From a virus (taxonomy: Duplodnaviria > Heunggongvirae > Uroviricota > Caudoviricetes): a stretch of DNA of 64,000 bases. Numbering within the stretch: position 1 is the stretch's first letter; each line of letters opens with the position of its first letter. This document shows, in pieces, positions 44,858 through 55,212 of this stretch. Location of the stretch: IMG/VR virus record IMGVR_UViG_3300037851_000461, positions 59,219 to 123,218 of that record, one strand, 5' to 3'. The position numbers were made by a program, and so were the translations under genes. The notes below the pieces were generated by a model. It made no database searches and was not told the origin of the DNA. It worked only from the letters and a program-made list of their open reading frames with translations.

Positions 44858-44924
44858 ATTTTTCCTTATTGGTTGTTGTCTAGCTCCCCTACAGGAGACT
44901 TCACCAATACATATGAACGACGAA

Positions 44925-45347
44925 TTACATTTCGTCAAGAATTTTTTGTATCAAATCCCAATCCGTTTTTATAGTCCACGCGAAACCTTCGAGCCAACGT
45001 TTGTCGTTGAGTCGAATGTCTTCAAATTTGATCCACTCGAAAGCATCGTGTTCGTTGGAAAGGTTCGGTGAAAACTCATTCCGAATTACGAAAAGATGGT
45101 TGTGGTAGAACACATCACCATTGTCATTTGCTGTCAATTGGTGAATAGCATCGATGTTTGATTTGAAACCGGTCTCTTCTCGGAATTCACGGATTGCAAC
45201 TTCCTCTGGAGACTCACCCGGATTCATGAGCCCGCCCCACTGAGCCCAAAGGCTTGGGAAGAATCGCATATTCTTCGTACGCTGACCCACCAGAGTACGC
45301 CTCGAACCACGAGATACGATAAGAGCACCTGATGCTACTTTTTTCAT
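44925..45347 (-). CDS. Nudix hydrolase
   Basis: Nudix box GGLMNPGESPEEVAIREFREETG. Confidence 0.7.
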   Translation of the reverse strand: MKKVASGALIVSRGSRRTLVGQRTKNMRFFPSLWAQWGGLMNPGESPEEVAIREFREETGFKSNIDAIHQLTANDNGDVFYHNHLFVIRNEFSPNLSNEHDAFEWIKFEDIRLNDKRWLEGFAWTIKTDWDLIQKILDEM

Positions 45348-45877
45348 CTGTCGATAGCGTTTCGAATGTTTCGGAGACGAGCAGCCATTTCCGAATTGCT
45401 CTGTGAAAGAGTGATAACTTCCGCGCCCAACTTTTGACGGTCTTCAATCACACCGTTGAGAACTTCCTGTGTTTTCTTGGATTCTTCCTTCAGTCTCTCG
45501 TTTTCAGCCTTGAGTTTCTCGACATATTCCGTAAGGGTCTTGTTCTTGTAAAACAAAGCATCTGCTTTATCGGTAAGTGCTTCGTTTGAATGTTCGAGGG
45601 AACCGATTCTTGCATCGACTTCACACAACAACATAGTCAGAGCGCCGTTATCGATAATCAAGGGCTTGTGCACACCTCGAAGTGCATACTCGTTGCACAT
45701 ACTAACAACTTGCGTATTACGACCGGTTCGGTCCTTGAGAAATTTCACTTGTGCTTCGTTTCCTGCGAGAACGAGACAATTGGGATTTTTGCGAGTTGCC
45801 TCCATCAATGCCGTAGTGTGACCAACACCGCGAGTCGCGAGAAGATATTGAAGAACGTTTTGATATGATAGTCTCAT
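45344..45877 (-). CDS. hypothetical protein with C-terminal coiled coil
   Basis: ORF. Confidence 0.45.
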   Translation of the reverse strand: MRLSYQNVLQYLLATRGVGHTTALMEATRKNPNCLVLAGNEAQVKFLKDRTGRNTQVVSMCNEYALRGVHKPLIIDNGALTMLLCEVDARIGSLEHSNEALTDKADALFYKNKTLTEYVEKLKAENERLKEESKKTQEVLNGVIEDRQKLGAEVITLSQSNSEMAARLRNIRNAIDR

Positions 45878-46896
45878 GATTTGATGACGTTTAGGAGTTG
45901 AATGATGGTTGACATGAAGTTGATTTCTTTATCCGCAACAATCGTGCCCTTATATTCCATTTCGGCGAGAACAAGAATACATGGAGCGACGTTGCCCGGT
46001 GCCCACTCTTCGATGTTGTCGTAGAGATAGCGGTAGTAGTCTTCAAACTTGGTAACCGAGTTATCAGCAATCAACTGGCGGATTGAATTGAATGCCGTCT
46101 TTTTATCCTTTGACGATTTCATCAACTCAACCATCTTGATCTTTCCATCACTTTCGATGACGCTGTGTTTGTCAATAGTCAGTTCAGAGCCTACACAACT
46201 CTGTTGAGCCGTGTTGATGATCTTTCGGATATCCGGATAGTAAGCATTGACAAGAAACGCCAAGTCTTCCATCTTGAAAGTTTTCTTCTCAGCCTTCAGG
46301 ATGTTCATCACATGAATGGCAACCATTTCCTTTGAAGGAGGAACGATGCTATCCGCCTGAGAACGCGAGAGAATGGCAGGAATGACTCGCTCATGGTAAT
46401 TGCAAGTCAAGATGAAGCGGGTGTGACGGCTGTATGTCTCCATGACATTGCGCAACGCCGCTTGAGCGTTTGCCGTCATGAAGTCAAATTCGTCAAGAAT
46501 GCAAATCTTCAACGAATAGAATCCCATACCAGCAGCAAAGTTTTTCACCTTTTCACGAATCGCATCAACGCCGTTTTCGTCAGAGGCATTGACGTAAAGA
46601 AGGTCGCATTGAATCAACCCCGCGATGAGTTTGGCTAGAGTTGTCTTACCCGTTCCCGGTTGCCCGTAGAGGAGCATGTGCGGAATATCGCCACTTTCAA
46701 GATACCCCTTGACACGCTTCTTGAGCGCGTCGTTTCCAACGTAATCGTCAAGTCTCGTCGGTCGATATTTCTCGACCCAAAGAGTTACCTCGCGACCACC
46801 CGTAAACTCAACCGGAGCATCACGCTTCGTTTGTTTACGTGCTTTGGGCGCAATATCCCCTGCAATCTCCGTTGCTGCTTCTTCAAAAAAACTCAT
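45874..46896 (-). CDS. clamp loader subunit (AAA+, RFC/gp44-like)
   Basis: YRPTRLDDYVGN...LLYGQPGTGKTTLAKLIA. Confidence 0.8.
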   Translation of the reverse strand: MSFFEEAATEIAGDIAPKARKQTKRDAPVEFTGGREVTLWVEKYRPTRLDDYVGNDALKKRVKGYLESGDIPHMLLYGQPGTGKTTLAKLIAGLIQCDLLYVNASDENGVDAIREKVKNFAAGMGFYSLKICILDEFDFMTANAQAALRNVMETYSRHTRFILTCNYHERVIPAILSRSQADSIVPPSKEMVAIHVMNILKAEKKTFKMEDLAFLVNAYYPDIRKIINTAQQSCVGSELTIDKHSVIESDGKIKMVELMKSSKDKKTAFNSIRQLIADNSVTKFEDYYRYLYDNIEEWAPGNVAPCILVLAEMEYKGTIVADKEINFMSTIIQLLNVIKS

Positions 46897-46902
46897 GGTG
46901 GA

Positions 46903-47643
46903 TTAAGCCTGAACTTCGGGCATGTAATACTCAGCCTTGAAATCACCCTTTTCGAACTTGGCATATGCCAATCCCTTTTCTGCGATGAACAGTGTTGTTG
47001 CATCGACTTCGGAATTCGCTGCAAGGATTTCCTTGAAATACTTCGCGGAGAAATTGATCGGGCGAGTCACCGTATCCTTACCCGCTGCACACTTGACAGC
47101 GAGTTTGATCTTGTTGGAATTCGTGCCTTGGCTGTGACCGATGACCAATTCAACCTTGTTGTCTTTTCCGGGCAACACGGTGAACGAGTTAACGTCGGAA
47201 AGAGCATTCTTCGCCTTGATGAACTTGGTCACGAAATCCTTGTCGAGAGTGATTTCAACCGAGAATGGGGGAAGAGTCTTCAGATTTGGAACACTCGGAA
47301 TCACATCCAAGTCGGCGGAAGCGAAATACACTTCCGTAGCGTCATCGACGATTGAGAGACCGACAACACGATCATCACTCTTCACGGGGGTAATCTCAAT
47401 GTCTTCGCTGAGAACGGCGAGAACGCTCTTGAGTTTGGAGGTGTTGTGTATGCCAACTTCCAAATCTTCGGTTGCATCAAAATTGAGCATCTGAATTTTT
47501 CCGAGGAAACTCTTTTCGTCTGAGATACATCCCACGTTTAGAGACTTGTCACCCGTCTTGGTGACGATCTTGACGGCTTCAACATTGTTGCCGAGAGAAT
47601 ACTTGCTGATGAACGTGAGTAGTTGGGTCTTCTTAATTTTCAT
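46903..47643 (-). CDS. sliding clamp (gp45/PCNA-like), by position and size
   Basis: 246 aa immediately downstream of the clamp loader. Confidence 0.5.
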   Translation of the reverse strand: MKIKKTQLLTFISKYSLGNNVEAVKIVTKTGDKSLNVGCISDEKSFLGKIQMLNFDATEDLEVGIHNTSKLKSVLAVLSEDIEITPVKSDDRVVGLSIVDDATEVYFASADLDVIPSVPNLKTLPPFSVEITLDKDFVTKFIKAKNALSDVNSFTVLPGKDNKVELVIGHSQGTNSNKIKLAVKCAAGKDTVTRPINFSAKYFKEILAANSEVDATTLFIAEKGLAYAKFEKGDFKAEYYMPEVQA

Positions 47644-47646
47644 GTG

Positions 47647-48339
47647 TTATTCGCTTGTAGGGTTGATGTTGGTTGATGTGTTTGGAGAAGTCAAATCAAT
47701 TTCCTTGAAAAAAGGTTCGTGAACATCTCTGAAATGCTCGGTGCCCACCGACCATAGTTTATTTAGGTTCAGGTCGTAGTGATATCCAAAGGGATATGTT
47801 TTCATCTTAAAGAAAGCATCCCACGTGTTTTTTGTACCACCATCTTTCAGTACGTGCCCATTACCAAATGTGAACGCGAGCAGAACATCAGATTCGCGTG
47901 CTACGAGATTGTTTCGTGTGAAGAATCCATTAGAAACATCATAATGCGCACCATGGGCGATGGCTTCCTGAATGTCAGCCATCGTTGAAAAGCCGTTCGT
48001 CTTCGTTGTGAATAGATGATGATAGTAGTTGGAGGTCTTACCCGCATCGGTATTTTCACGATAACATCCAGCCTCAGAATCCCACTCAGCGGGAAGATGG
48101 AGAGATAGTTTCTCACATACCCTGCGATGAAATAAGTCAACTGCTACGTGGTCTGCCCACGCCGCACCTCCCGACACAAGTTTTGTGAATCTATGTCGGG
48201 CAACAACTATTTTCGCAACCTCAAGCATTCTCGTATAAACACCGGTATTCAAACGGATCATATCGGCACCGCGGCCGGCAGTGCCTATGATTCCAAGGCT
48301 CTTGTAGGTTGTATTATCCTCGAAGAATTGCGAGAACAT
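47647..48339 (-). CDS. DprA-like / DUF2493 Rossmann-fold protein (ATG at 48339)
   Basis: GIIGTAGRG and LVSGGAAWADHVAVDLFHR resemble DprA motifs. Confidence 0.45.
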   Translation of the reverse strand: MFSQFFEDNTTYKSLGIIGTAGRGADMIRLNTGVYTRMLEVAKIVVARHRFTKLVSGGAAWADHVAVDLFHRRVCEKLSLHLPAEWDSEAGCYRENTDAGKTSNYYHHLFTTKTNGFSTMADIQEAIAHGAHYDVSNGFFTRNNLVARESDVLLAFTFGNGHVLKDGGTKNTWDAFFKMKTYPFGYHYDLNLNKLWSVGTEHFRDVHEPFFKEIDLTSPNTSTNINPTSE

Positions 48340-48341
48340 GG

Positions 48342-50951
48342 TCAGAACGAGAAAAACTCCTCGGCTTTGGCTGCGTTTTCGTTGAAGATTTCCCACTTGA
48401 GAGCACCGTAGAAATCCACCAACTTGTTTTGAAGTTCGGCTTTGAAGATTTCCTCCGGGTCGATATACGTTTTGATGAAGTCGAGAATTTCCTTGGGATC
48501 GGTGCCGTCATCCTTGAGGGCGAGAACATCCAAACCGAGAGGATTATCCTTCAGGTAAACAAACTTGATCTTGGCACCATCGAAAATCGGTTCGACAATC
48601 TTCTCCTTACCGATCTTCTTGAGAAAGTCGTTGTATGCCAGCGCACCCTTGGTCTGCGCATTGCTTCCTTTGATGAATCGGAACGGCTCACGATCCTTCG
48701 GATCGAAGTTGACCCGCTCCTCACCACTCTTTCCGGTGAAGTGAACACTGGTGTTCTTGGCGATTTCATTTGGCTTCAACTCGTTGATGTGCGACTTGAA
48801 ATCGAGCACATACTTATCCATCTCAGCCTTCGGTGTCTTCTTCAGAATCATCTTGAGGAAGAGCGTCAGGAATTCACCAAACTTCTTCGGGAAACTGGAA
48901 CGTACCGTGTCAATACCCAAGACCTTGAGTTTGTTGTCAACGTCTTTTCCGTCTTCCATGTCAAACACGGTGTTCATGGCATAACGCTTTTTCGCCACCC
49001 AAATTGCGGTCGAGGCGATAACGTCTTCCGCAATCTTGATTTGATTATCCTTGGCGAAGAACATATTCGGCATCATGACGCCATAGAACTTGTTGATGTT
49101 TGTTGCGAACATGGTCGCCGTTTGAACGGTGAATTTCTTCAACGCTTCAAAGTCGTTCTCATCAATACCCATCTTCTTAGCCAGAGGAAGCGCCGTGCTG
49201 TAGTTTGAATCGGTGTCAACGTAAATGACGTAATCAACGCCTTCAGTTTCCATCAACCCGTTGTAAATCTGATTCACGAATCGCTCTGTCGTCTTGATGA
49301 TACTCTGACCCGTCAGTGTAACCGACTCGGCGTTATCCAAGTCATAGAAACGGAAGATTGGAAGACCAAGAACACCATAAAGTGAGTTGAGAAGAATCTT
49401 CTGCACTTGTTGACGGAGACGGTAGAACGCTTCGGTTTTCTTATCACCGGCTTTCTTTGCCTCAACCATCTTGTTCTTAAACTCAACACGTTCGGCGTAC
49501 CACTTGGTAAGAACCGACTTCAAAATTCCATCGTGCGTCTGATCGTAGATGACACCGGCAGAGGAGATGCAATAGTTCCGTTCTTTCAGGAACTTCTTGA
49601 AGTCTTCCAAAGAGATATTTCCCAATTCCCAAGCCAACGTGCTGTCGTCGGTGAATTCGAGTTTTTCTATGCTATCTGACGCAAAAGCATCGGCGTCGAA
49701 GTTCTTGACCTTCAAACCAACCTTCGTTTCCGGGCTGATGTTCAAGGTTCGAATGATCGACGGATAAAGTGAGTTTACGTCGCATGAGAATACCCACTCG
49801 TAAAGACCGGGAACTGGAGGTTTGACGTATGCTCCCTCAAATCCCTCTTCGTCTTCCTCATTCTTTCTTTCCATTTCTTCGCGACCACCAACGGGCTTGT
49901 TCGGTGCCACAAGTTCGTGACGACGTAGATACGTCAGCAGAGCACCTTCTAGGAACCGAGAACTGATGGCGTAATCTTCATAAGCAACGTGCCCAACGTG
50001 GCAAATGGCTCGGGCAAGATCGATGAACTCAAACTTCTTTTCGAGTGCCACGACGATCCTTACGTCATTCAAGTTGTATTCGATGTATTTCAGAAGGTCG
50101 GCTTTCAACAAATCATTGAGAGAACCGTCGTAAGTCAACTTGGCGATGTTGACTTCGAGTTTACCAACCGTATCGAGTCGATAGTTTGGAAGTTTCTTCT
50201 GTGAGAAACGCTTGTAAAGTTCCATATAGTCGAGGCAACTACGACCGGCAATCAACATGCGCTCTTTGTTCTTTTGCCAGTATGCGATTCCAATCGGGCT
50301 CAACTTCTTCGCCGTGCGGTCGCCCTTAACCTTCTTGAGTCGGTTGTAGAGATATGGCATGTCGAATCCATCAATGTGCCATCCCGTGATGATTGTGAAA
50401 TCCAGAGCACTCCACGCAATCAAGAACGCATCCAGCAAATCTTCCTCGGTCTTGAAAATGAAGACCTGAACATTGTCTTTTTGGTAAGGCTGAACCGTTC
50501 CGGTCTCGTCAAGAATGAACGAGTAATACCGGTCATTGTTGAAATCGTAAAGCGCGATAGCGGTGATCTGCTGTTGAGCCTCTTCGACGACTGGAAATCC
50601 ACCGTCAGTCTTACACTCAATGTCGATACATCCGAAACGATGCCCGGTCGAAAGGTCATCGCTATCACCATACGCGTCAATCAAAACACGGGTAACCGCT
50701 GGAACGTCTGCTTCATAGAGACCTTCCTGACCATATCCGAACTTGGTAATCTTCTCCAACTCGTCTCCATACATCGACTTAAACGATCCACCCTTCTTCT
50801 TTCGGTATGCGTAAGGGCGATAAGGCGCACGAATCAAGCCCTTTTTATCATCCCAAAGAAAGATTTCCGACTCGTTTGTTTCCCGGTCGGTTACTACGTG
50901 AATGTTTTGATACATAGGGATATTTCTACCCACCCATGCCCAATCCGTCAA
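48342..50951 (-). CDS. family B DNA polymerase (T4 gp43-like)
   Basis: Exo and polymerase motifs DVNSLYPSII and YVDTDS; 869 aa; TTG at 50951. Confidence 0.9.
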   Translation of the reverse strand: MTDWAWVGRNIPMYQNIHVVTDRETNESEIFLWDDKKGLIRAPYRPYAYRKKKGGSFKSMYGDELEKITKFGYGQEGLYEADVPAVTRVLIDAYGDSDDLSTGHRFGCIDIECKTDGGFPVVEEAQQQITAIALYDFNNDRYYSFILDETGTVQPYQKDNVQVFIFKTEEDLLDAFLIAWSALDFTIITGWHIDGFDMPYLYNRLKKVKGDRTAKKLSPIGIAYWQKNKERMLIAGRSCLDYMELYKRFSQKKLPNYRLDTVGKLEVNIAKLTYDGSLNDLLKADLLKYIEYNLNDVRIVVALEKKFEFIDLARAICHVGHVAYEDYAISSRFLEGALLTYLRRHELVAPNKPVGGREEMERKNEEDEEGFEGAYVKPPVPGLYEWVFSCDVNSLYPSIIRTLNISPETKVGLKVKNFDADAFASDSIEKLEFTDDSTLAWELGNISLEDFKKFLKERNYCISSAGVIYDQTHDGILKSVLTKWYAERVEFKNKMVEAKKAGDKKTEAFYRLRQQVQKILLNSLYGVLGLPIFRFYDLDNAESVTLTGQSIIKTTERFVNQIYNGLMETEGVDYVIYVDTDSNYSTALPLAKKMGIDENDFEALKKFTVQTATMFATNINKFYGVMMPNMFFAKDNQIKIAEDVIASTAIWVAKKRYAMNTVFDMEDGKDVDNKLKVLGIDTVRSSFPKKFGEFLTLFLKMILKKTPKAEMDKYVLDFKSHINELKPNEIAKNTSVHFTGKSGEERVNFDPKDREPFRFIKGSNAQTKGALAYNDFLKKIGKEKIVEPIFDGAKIKFVYLKDNPLGLDVLALKDDGTDPKEILDFIKTYIDPEEIFKAELQNKLVDFYGALKWEIFNENAAKAEEFFSF

Positions 50952-50964
50952 GTTGAAATAAGTG

Positions 50965-51720
50965 TCACAACTCTTCTACGTCGGCTAACCCGAACGTTTT
51001 CGGCTTCACAAAGGTATCTGCCCCAAACTGCTTATTATAGGCGGCACTCTGCTCCTTTGTCTTGAATGAAATATGCAACCCACGCTCACTATCGGCGTGT
51101 CTAAGATATTGAACCATACGGGCAGGAATGATATCCATTTTCAACCGTGCGGCATGAACTCGCTCCAGAAGATTGCTAACATCCATTCCCCAAGACTCTA
51201 TCCGTTCGTCATACCCACCCAAGTTCAAAAAATCCGTCTTGAACATGGCAATCCTTCCAAGCCCGCCGTCATCACACGTGCGGTTTGCCATAAGAATGTT
51301 CTTGCCCTCCACGAGACTTTTCTTAACGAACTCTGAGTGCCCTTTAACAATCCAATTGTCTGCGTCTAGGTTGCACACAATCGGATTACTTGCCTGCATA
51401 TGGGCAACATTCTTTGCGTGAGAAACCCTCCATCGATTTGGAGGATTCATCACTCTAAAAAATCTCACTTGAATGAACTCGGATTTGTGTGTCAAATACC
51501 AATCAATCAAACCATCAGTCGATCCATAATCGACTATGATGACTTCATCTTCCTCGTCTATGCTATCGACTGACTTTCTCAGCGATTCTTGTAGATGGTG
51601 AAGCCTGTTTCTACAAGTTATGCAATACGATATCATGTTTCCTGTTGATCTTCTACTCGTCTCGACAGATAGAAAATTGCAGAACTGGATGCGGGATTCT
51701 GAAACTGCATTCCATAACAC
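50965..51720 (-). CDS. family 2 glycosyltransferase
   Basis: IIVDYGSTDG and NLDADN motifs. Confidence 0.6.
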   Translation of the reverse strand: MLWNAVSESRIQFCNFLSVETSRRSTGNMISYCITCRNRLHHLQESLRKSVDSIDEEDEVIIVDYGSTDGLIDWYLTHKSEFIQVRFFRVMNPPNRWRVSHAKNVAHMQASNPIVCNLDADNWIVKGHSEFVKKSLVEGKNILMANRTCDDGGLGRIAMFKTDFLNLGGYDERIESWGMDVSNLLERVHAARLKMDIIPARMVQYLRHADSERGLHISFKTKEQSAAYNKQFGADTFVKPKTFGLADVEEL

Positions 51721-52268
51721 TGATTGATCGATGATGTTGACGAGAAGATGAACAACTCCATTTGGGGATGTGTGTCGTTTGGTGGTACCGATGCGGTCGC
51801 ATTAACGTAGAAGTTCCCAAAAACGATGCTTCCGGTCTGCCACACGGCTTTCATTTCGGTTGGAATTTCCATCAGAACCGATCCGCTTCCTCCGAGAACT
51901 GTGAAGAAATACGCGCTGTTTGGGGCAGATGCAGTAATCCACATGGAAACATCGAGAATGTCTCCGTCAGTAAACATAGACGAAGAGAAGTTTGTCATCA
52001 AGGTTCGACTTACGTCCGGATTGTCAACGTCATCGACTTTCCATAGCAAAATATTCGTGATCGGGTTTGGTGCCGTCTTCGCGGGACCATATGCATATCC
52101 CGTCTTATTGACAGTCCATTGCGTGAGATTGACCAAACATGTGGTGTCGAGTCGATATACTGGAGGATTGCTAACCACCGGTTCCGCACTGGCAGAAAGT
52201 TGAACGATGAGAGGGGAACCTGAATCGTTGCTGGTAATCGTAAGTGTTCCGAAGAAGGGTGTGGACAT
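51633..52268 (-). CDS. hypothetical protein, 211 aa
   Basis: ORF. Confidence 0.4.
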   Translation of the reverse strand: MSTPFFGTLTITSNDSGSPLIVQLSASAEPVVSNPPVYRLDTTCLVNLTQWTVNKTGYAYGPAKTAPNPITNILLWKVDDVDNPDVSRTLMTNFSSSMFTDGDILDVSMWITASAPNSAYFFTVLGGSGSVLMEIPTEMKAVWQTGSIVFGNFYVNATASVPPNDTHPQMELFIFSSTSSINQCYGMQFQNPASSSAIFYLSRRVEDQQET

Positions 52269-52273
52269 GATGG

Positions 52274-52840
52274 TTATTTGTTGAATTCTACGAGATTAAG
52301 TTCGTCTCGTGCGATGTTGATATTTCCGCGATGAAATACGTCTGACTGTTTATCAGGAACAATGCCCCAACAATTGATTGTCTGTATGACCTTCGCCTTT
52401 AGATTCTGTCGGCGAACCGATTCAGCCAATGCCCAATCTTGAAATACACAGTTTCCTACATACTTTTCGTCTGCCAAAATCTTAATGGCGGCATCACGAG
52501 TGAAGTATTGGAATCCACCCAACCAAATCCACTTACCATGGTGATATCTAAAATCACCGGCTACATCACATTCCCCCGGAATCTCCGGAAACTTTCTGAT
52601 GATTGTGTCGGGATCGATCTTCACCATGGAAGGCTTTCCCGATTCTATGAAGTGCGTCAACATACGCTTTGTCCAATTGACATTGGATTTGTTCATATTG
52701 TCTACCACAACTACTTCCGCATGTTCGAATATTGGAAGTAGATTGGTAAATACAACCAACTGTTTTGGGAATTGAAAATCGAGTTCACAAACGCGATTGC
52801 GCTCAGACTCTCTTGAGAAGTTTATGTAGATTGGTGTCAT
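52274..52840 (-). CDS. hypothetical protein, 188 aa
   Basis: ORF. Confidence 0.4.
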   Translation of the reverse strand: MTPIYINFSRESERNRVCELDFQFPKQLVVFTNLLPIFEHAEVVVVDNMNKSNVNWTKRMLTHFIESGKPSMVKIDPDTIIRKFPEIPGECDVAGDFRYHHGKWIWLGGFQYFTRDAAIKILADEKYVGNCVFQDWALAESVRRQNLKAKVIQTINCWGIVPDKQSDVFHRGNINIARDELNLVEFNK

Positions 52841-53817
52841 CCGGGAATAAAGTCAAATGATGCGGTTAGGCGAGTTCTGTACGGAGAATCTGGTCCTCCG
52901 TGGTACAAATTGATTGATCCATAATTCACTTCCACAAATTGTCTGTCAGCGACGACGTTCAGTTGAAGAATATCGAACATAACTCCACTCATGGTCAGAG
53001 GGAACGATTCTGGATTTCCATTCAACAAAACGTCTACTATATAGAACGGACCAACAACTGCTGCACCCGTGATAAGCAAATCCTGACCTGTCTCATTTGT
53101 GTACACAAATGCGGTCGGAAAAGGTGTCATGATAGGAACACTGCCATAATCGAATGAGGAACTGTTTGGATAACTGCTATAGTTGATGCTCAATGCCAGA
53201 GACGATCCTGTGAATGGTGCTGGACCAGAAGCAGTGGCTTCAGCACGAATAGTGAATAGCGTAAAACTACCTGTGGCAATAGAGGATGAATTGGGAACAA
53301 CAGTTATTGAATATGAACCCGTTCCTGATGTAATGAGAGAGGATGTAAGTTCAAGAGGAGCACTACCACTGTTGAAAATCTTGAACTGAATGTCGGAGAA
53401 CGATCCTTCATTAATGACTCCAAAATCCACCGATCCAGTAACGGCGGCATCATTCAATGCGTAGAGAAGTTGGAGAATTGGGCTCATCGATCCTGTCGGA
53501 ATCACGCCCCCGCCTGCGGCTTCGTTTCCAAATGGGTCGAGACCGAGAAATCTCCATCCATCCATTCTCAACTCATTGGTTGTTTTGATCCATGTCGCAC
53601 CCACATCAACTTGATCGATAGCCATCGGGTCGAGAATCTCATAAATGGTCTTTACCCACGGTTGACCGGGTAGTTTGATCCATAGACCCCATTCATGTCT
53701 TCCGAAAAGAGTTCCGACAGGGGCTTTGACGTACCAATTTGGGTCGCCATCACCGGGAAAGCCGTGCGTTTGACCTCTTAAAAATGAATCGAATGTGAAT
53801 AGGGATGGTGTTGCCAT
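52837..53817 (-). CDS. structural (fibre/baseplate-like) protein, S/T/G-rich
   Basis: Composition; 326 aa. Confidence 0.45.
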   Translation of the reverse strand: MATPSLFTFDSFLRGQTHGFPGDGDPNWYVKAPVGTLFGRHEWGLWIKLPGQPWVKTIYEILDPMAIDQVDVGATWIKTTNELRMDGWRFLGLDPFGNEAAGGGVIPTGSMSPILQLLYALNDAAVTGSVDFGVINEGSFSDIQFKIFNSGSAPLELTSSLITSGTGSYSITVVPNSSSIATGSFTLFTIRAEATASGPAPFTGSSLALSINYSSYPNSSSFDYGSVPIMTPFPTAFVYTNETGQDLLITGAAVVGPFYIVDVLLNGNPESFPLTMSGVMFDILQLNVVADRQFVEVNYGSINLYHGGPDSPYRTRLTASFDFIPG

Positions 53818-54110
53818 ATTTCTATAAATATGTCAACGAAAGCATTATGCCCAGCATATTTTCGCATAGACATTTCCCTATGTTAAAAATAATCGAAGTG
53901 ACTAATCCTTAACGATATCGATTCTCCCGTCGAACGAAAATCCGGATGCTTTAAGAAAATCCTCAATTCGTTCCAGAACGGTTCCAATTCCTTCACACGA
54001 AAACTCTGTCGTGTTGGTGAAATTATGCTCGGTATTTGTGGTGCCTACCCACTCGTGCTTTAATGTAAATTTATCCATGCCCATTAGCGTGGATTAATTC
54101 TATACATCTG

Positions 54111-54854
54111 TCAAGCACAATATTCCCCACGCACTACCTTTAGTGCCTGACCGATAACAGTTCCCGTGCCGGGAGCATGAACGATAAGAGGCGTGGTATT
54201 GGTCAGGGTATTGTAGATTCCATCCTTTGTGTAAGCCAAATCAAAGTTCGCTCCACGACCACCGGTTTCATCCCACAAGTTCTGAAAGATTTTGCATGTC
54301 ATATCAACGGCGATAGGAAATGTTTCCGTTTGTTTGATATACTGCGTTGACCACCAAAGTTGGTCGCTGAAATCGGTTTGATCAAACTCGATACTTTTTA
54401 TGACAGCGGATGTGTAATCCAAGAACGTCTTCTTGTATCCGAAGACTCCACCAACGTTAAGATAACGATACTTGCGATTGTGATAAGGATAGTGAGTACG
54501 GAGAGCCTTCTCCGGGCGACAGCATGTGTCTCCACAAAAAACGATCCGATGTTCATCCAGAAATCGTTCGGCTCGCCGCATGAATGTTTCTTGGTCTCCA
54601 ACGAATAGAACATCGCGAGAATCCACATACAAGAAAAGTTCACGGTCACTGGCGGAAAGATAATCGTGGAGGATTTGAACCTTCGTCTTCCATCCCTCCC
54701 ACGTCATGCCTCCACCGAGCACATTGATGTTCCAATTGAACCTGCCTGCACTGAATATAAGATTTCTCAGACCGACCGGCACCTTACTTGATGCACTCGG
54801 ATAATCCGTTTCGACCGTGACTACATCCCAACTGGCTTTATCCAAAAAATTCAT
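54111..54854 (-). CDS. hypothetical protein (possible glycosyltransferase-like), 247 aa
   Basis: ORF. Confidence 0.4.
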   Translation of the reverse strand: MNFLDKASWDVVTVETDYPSASSKVPVGLRNLIFSAGRFNWNINVLGGGMTWEGWKTKVQILHDYLSASDRELFLYVDSRDVLFVGDQETFMRRAERFLDEHRIVFCGDTCCRPEKALRTHYPYHNRKYRYLNVGGVFGYKKTFLDYTSAVIKSIEFDQTDFSDQLWWSTQYIKQTETFPIAVDMTCKIFQNLWDETGGRGANFDLAYTKDGIYNTLTNTTPLIVHAPGTGTVIGQALKVVRGEYCA

Positions 54855-55212
54855 TACTGTTTACAACGGGGTTGTTCCAAATATTTGGTTGAATGATGAT
54901 GCCTGTACCTTCCCACTTGTCGTTAAATCTCTGTGCACGCTGTTGCAGAACGGTGTCGGTCGCAAAAGAAATCTCGTAGAGCCTGAACCGAAAGTCGCCC
55001 TTGCTTAATGCTTTCTTTAGTTCCTCGGGATATTCGGAAACCATTGGCGTCATGACAACGAGAATTCCATAACGAGTTGCCAATACTGCGTCAAGCAATC
55101 GCTCAATACCGGAAAATGACCGGCAGTACGTGATGAAGAATTTGGAGTCGGAGTTGTTCCGAATCGTTTTCTCGGGTTCGTCTAACTGTGTGATTGGCAG
55201 GTTATTTGTCAT
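54838..55212 (-). CDS. hypothetical protein, 124 aa
   Basis: ORF. Confidence 0.35.
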   Translation of the reverse strand: MTNNLPITQLDEPEKTIRNNSDSKFFITYCRSFSGIERLLDAVLATRYGILVVMTPMVSEYPEELKKALSKGDFRFRLYEISFATDTVLQQRAQRFNDKWEGTGIIIQPNIWNNPVVNSNEFFG

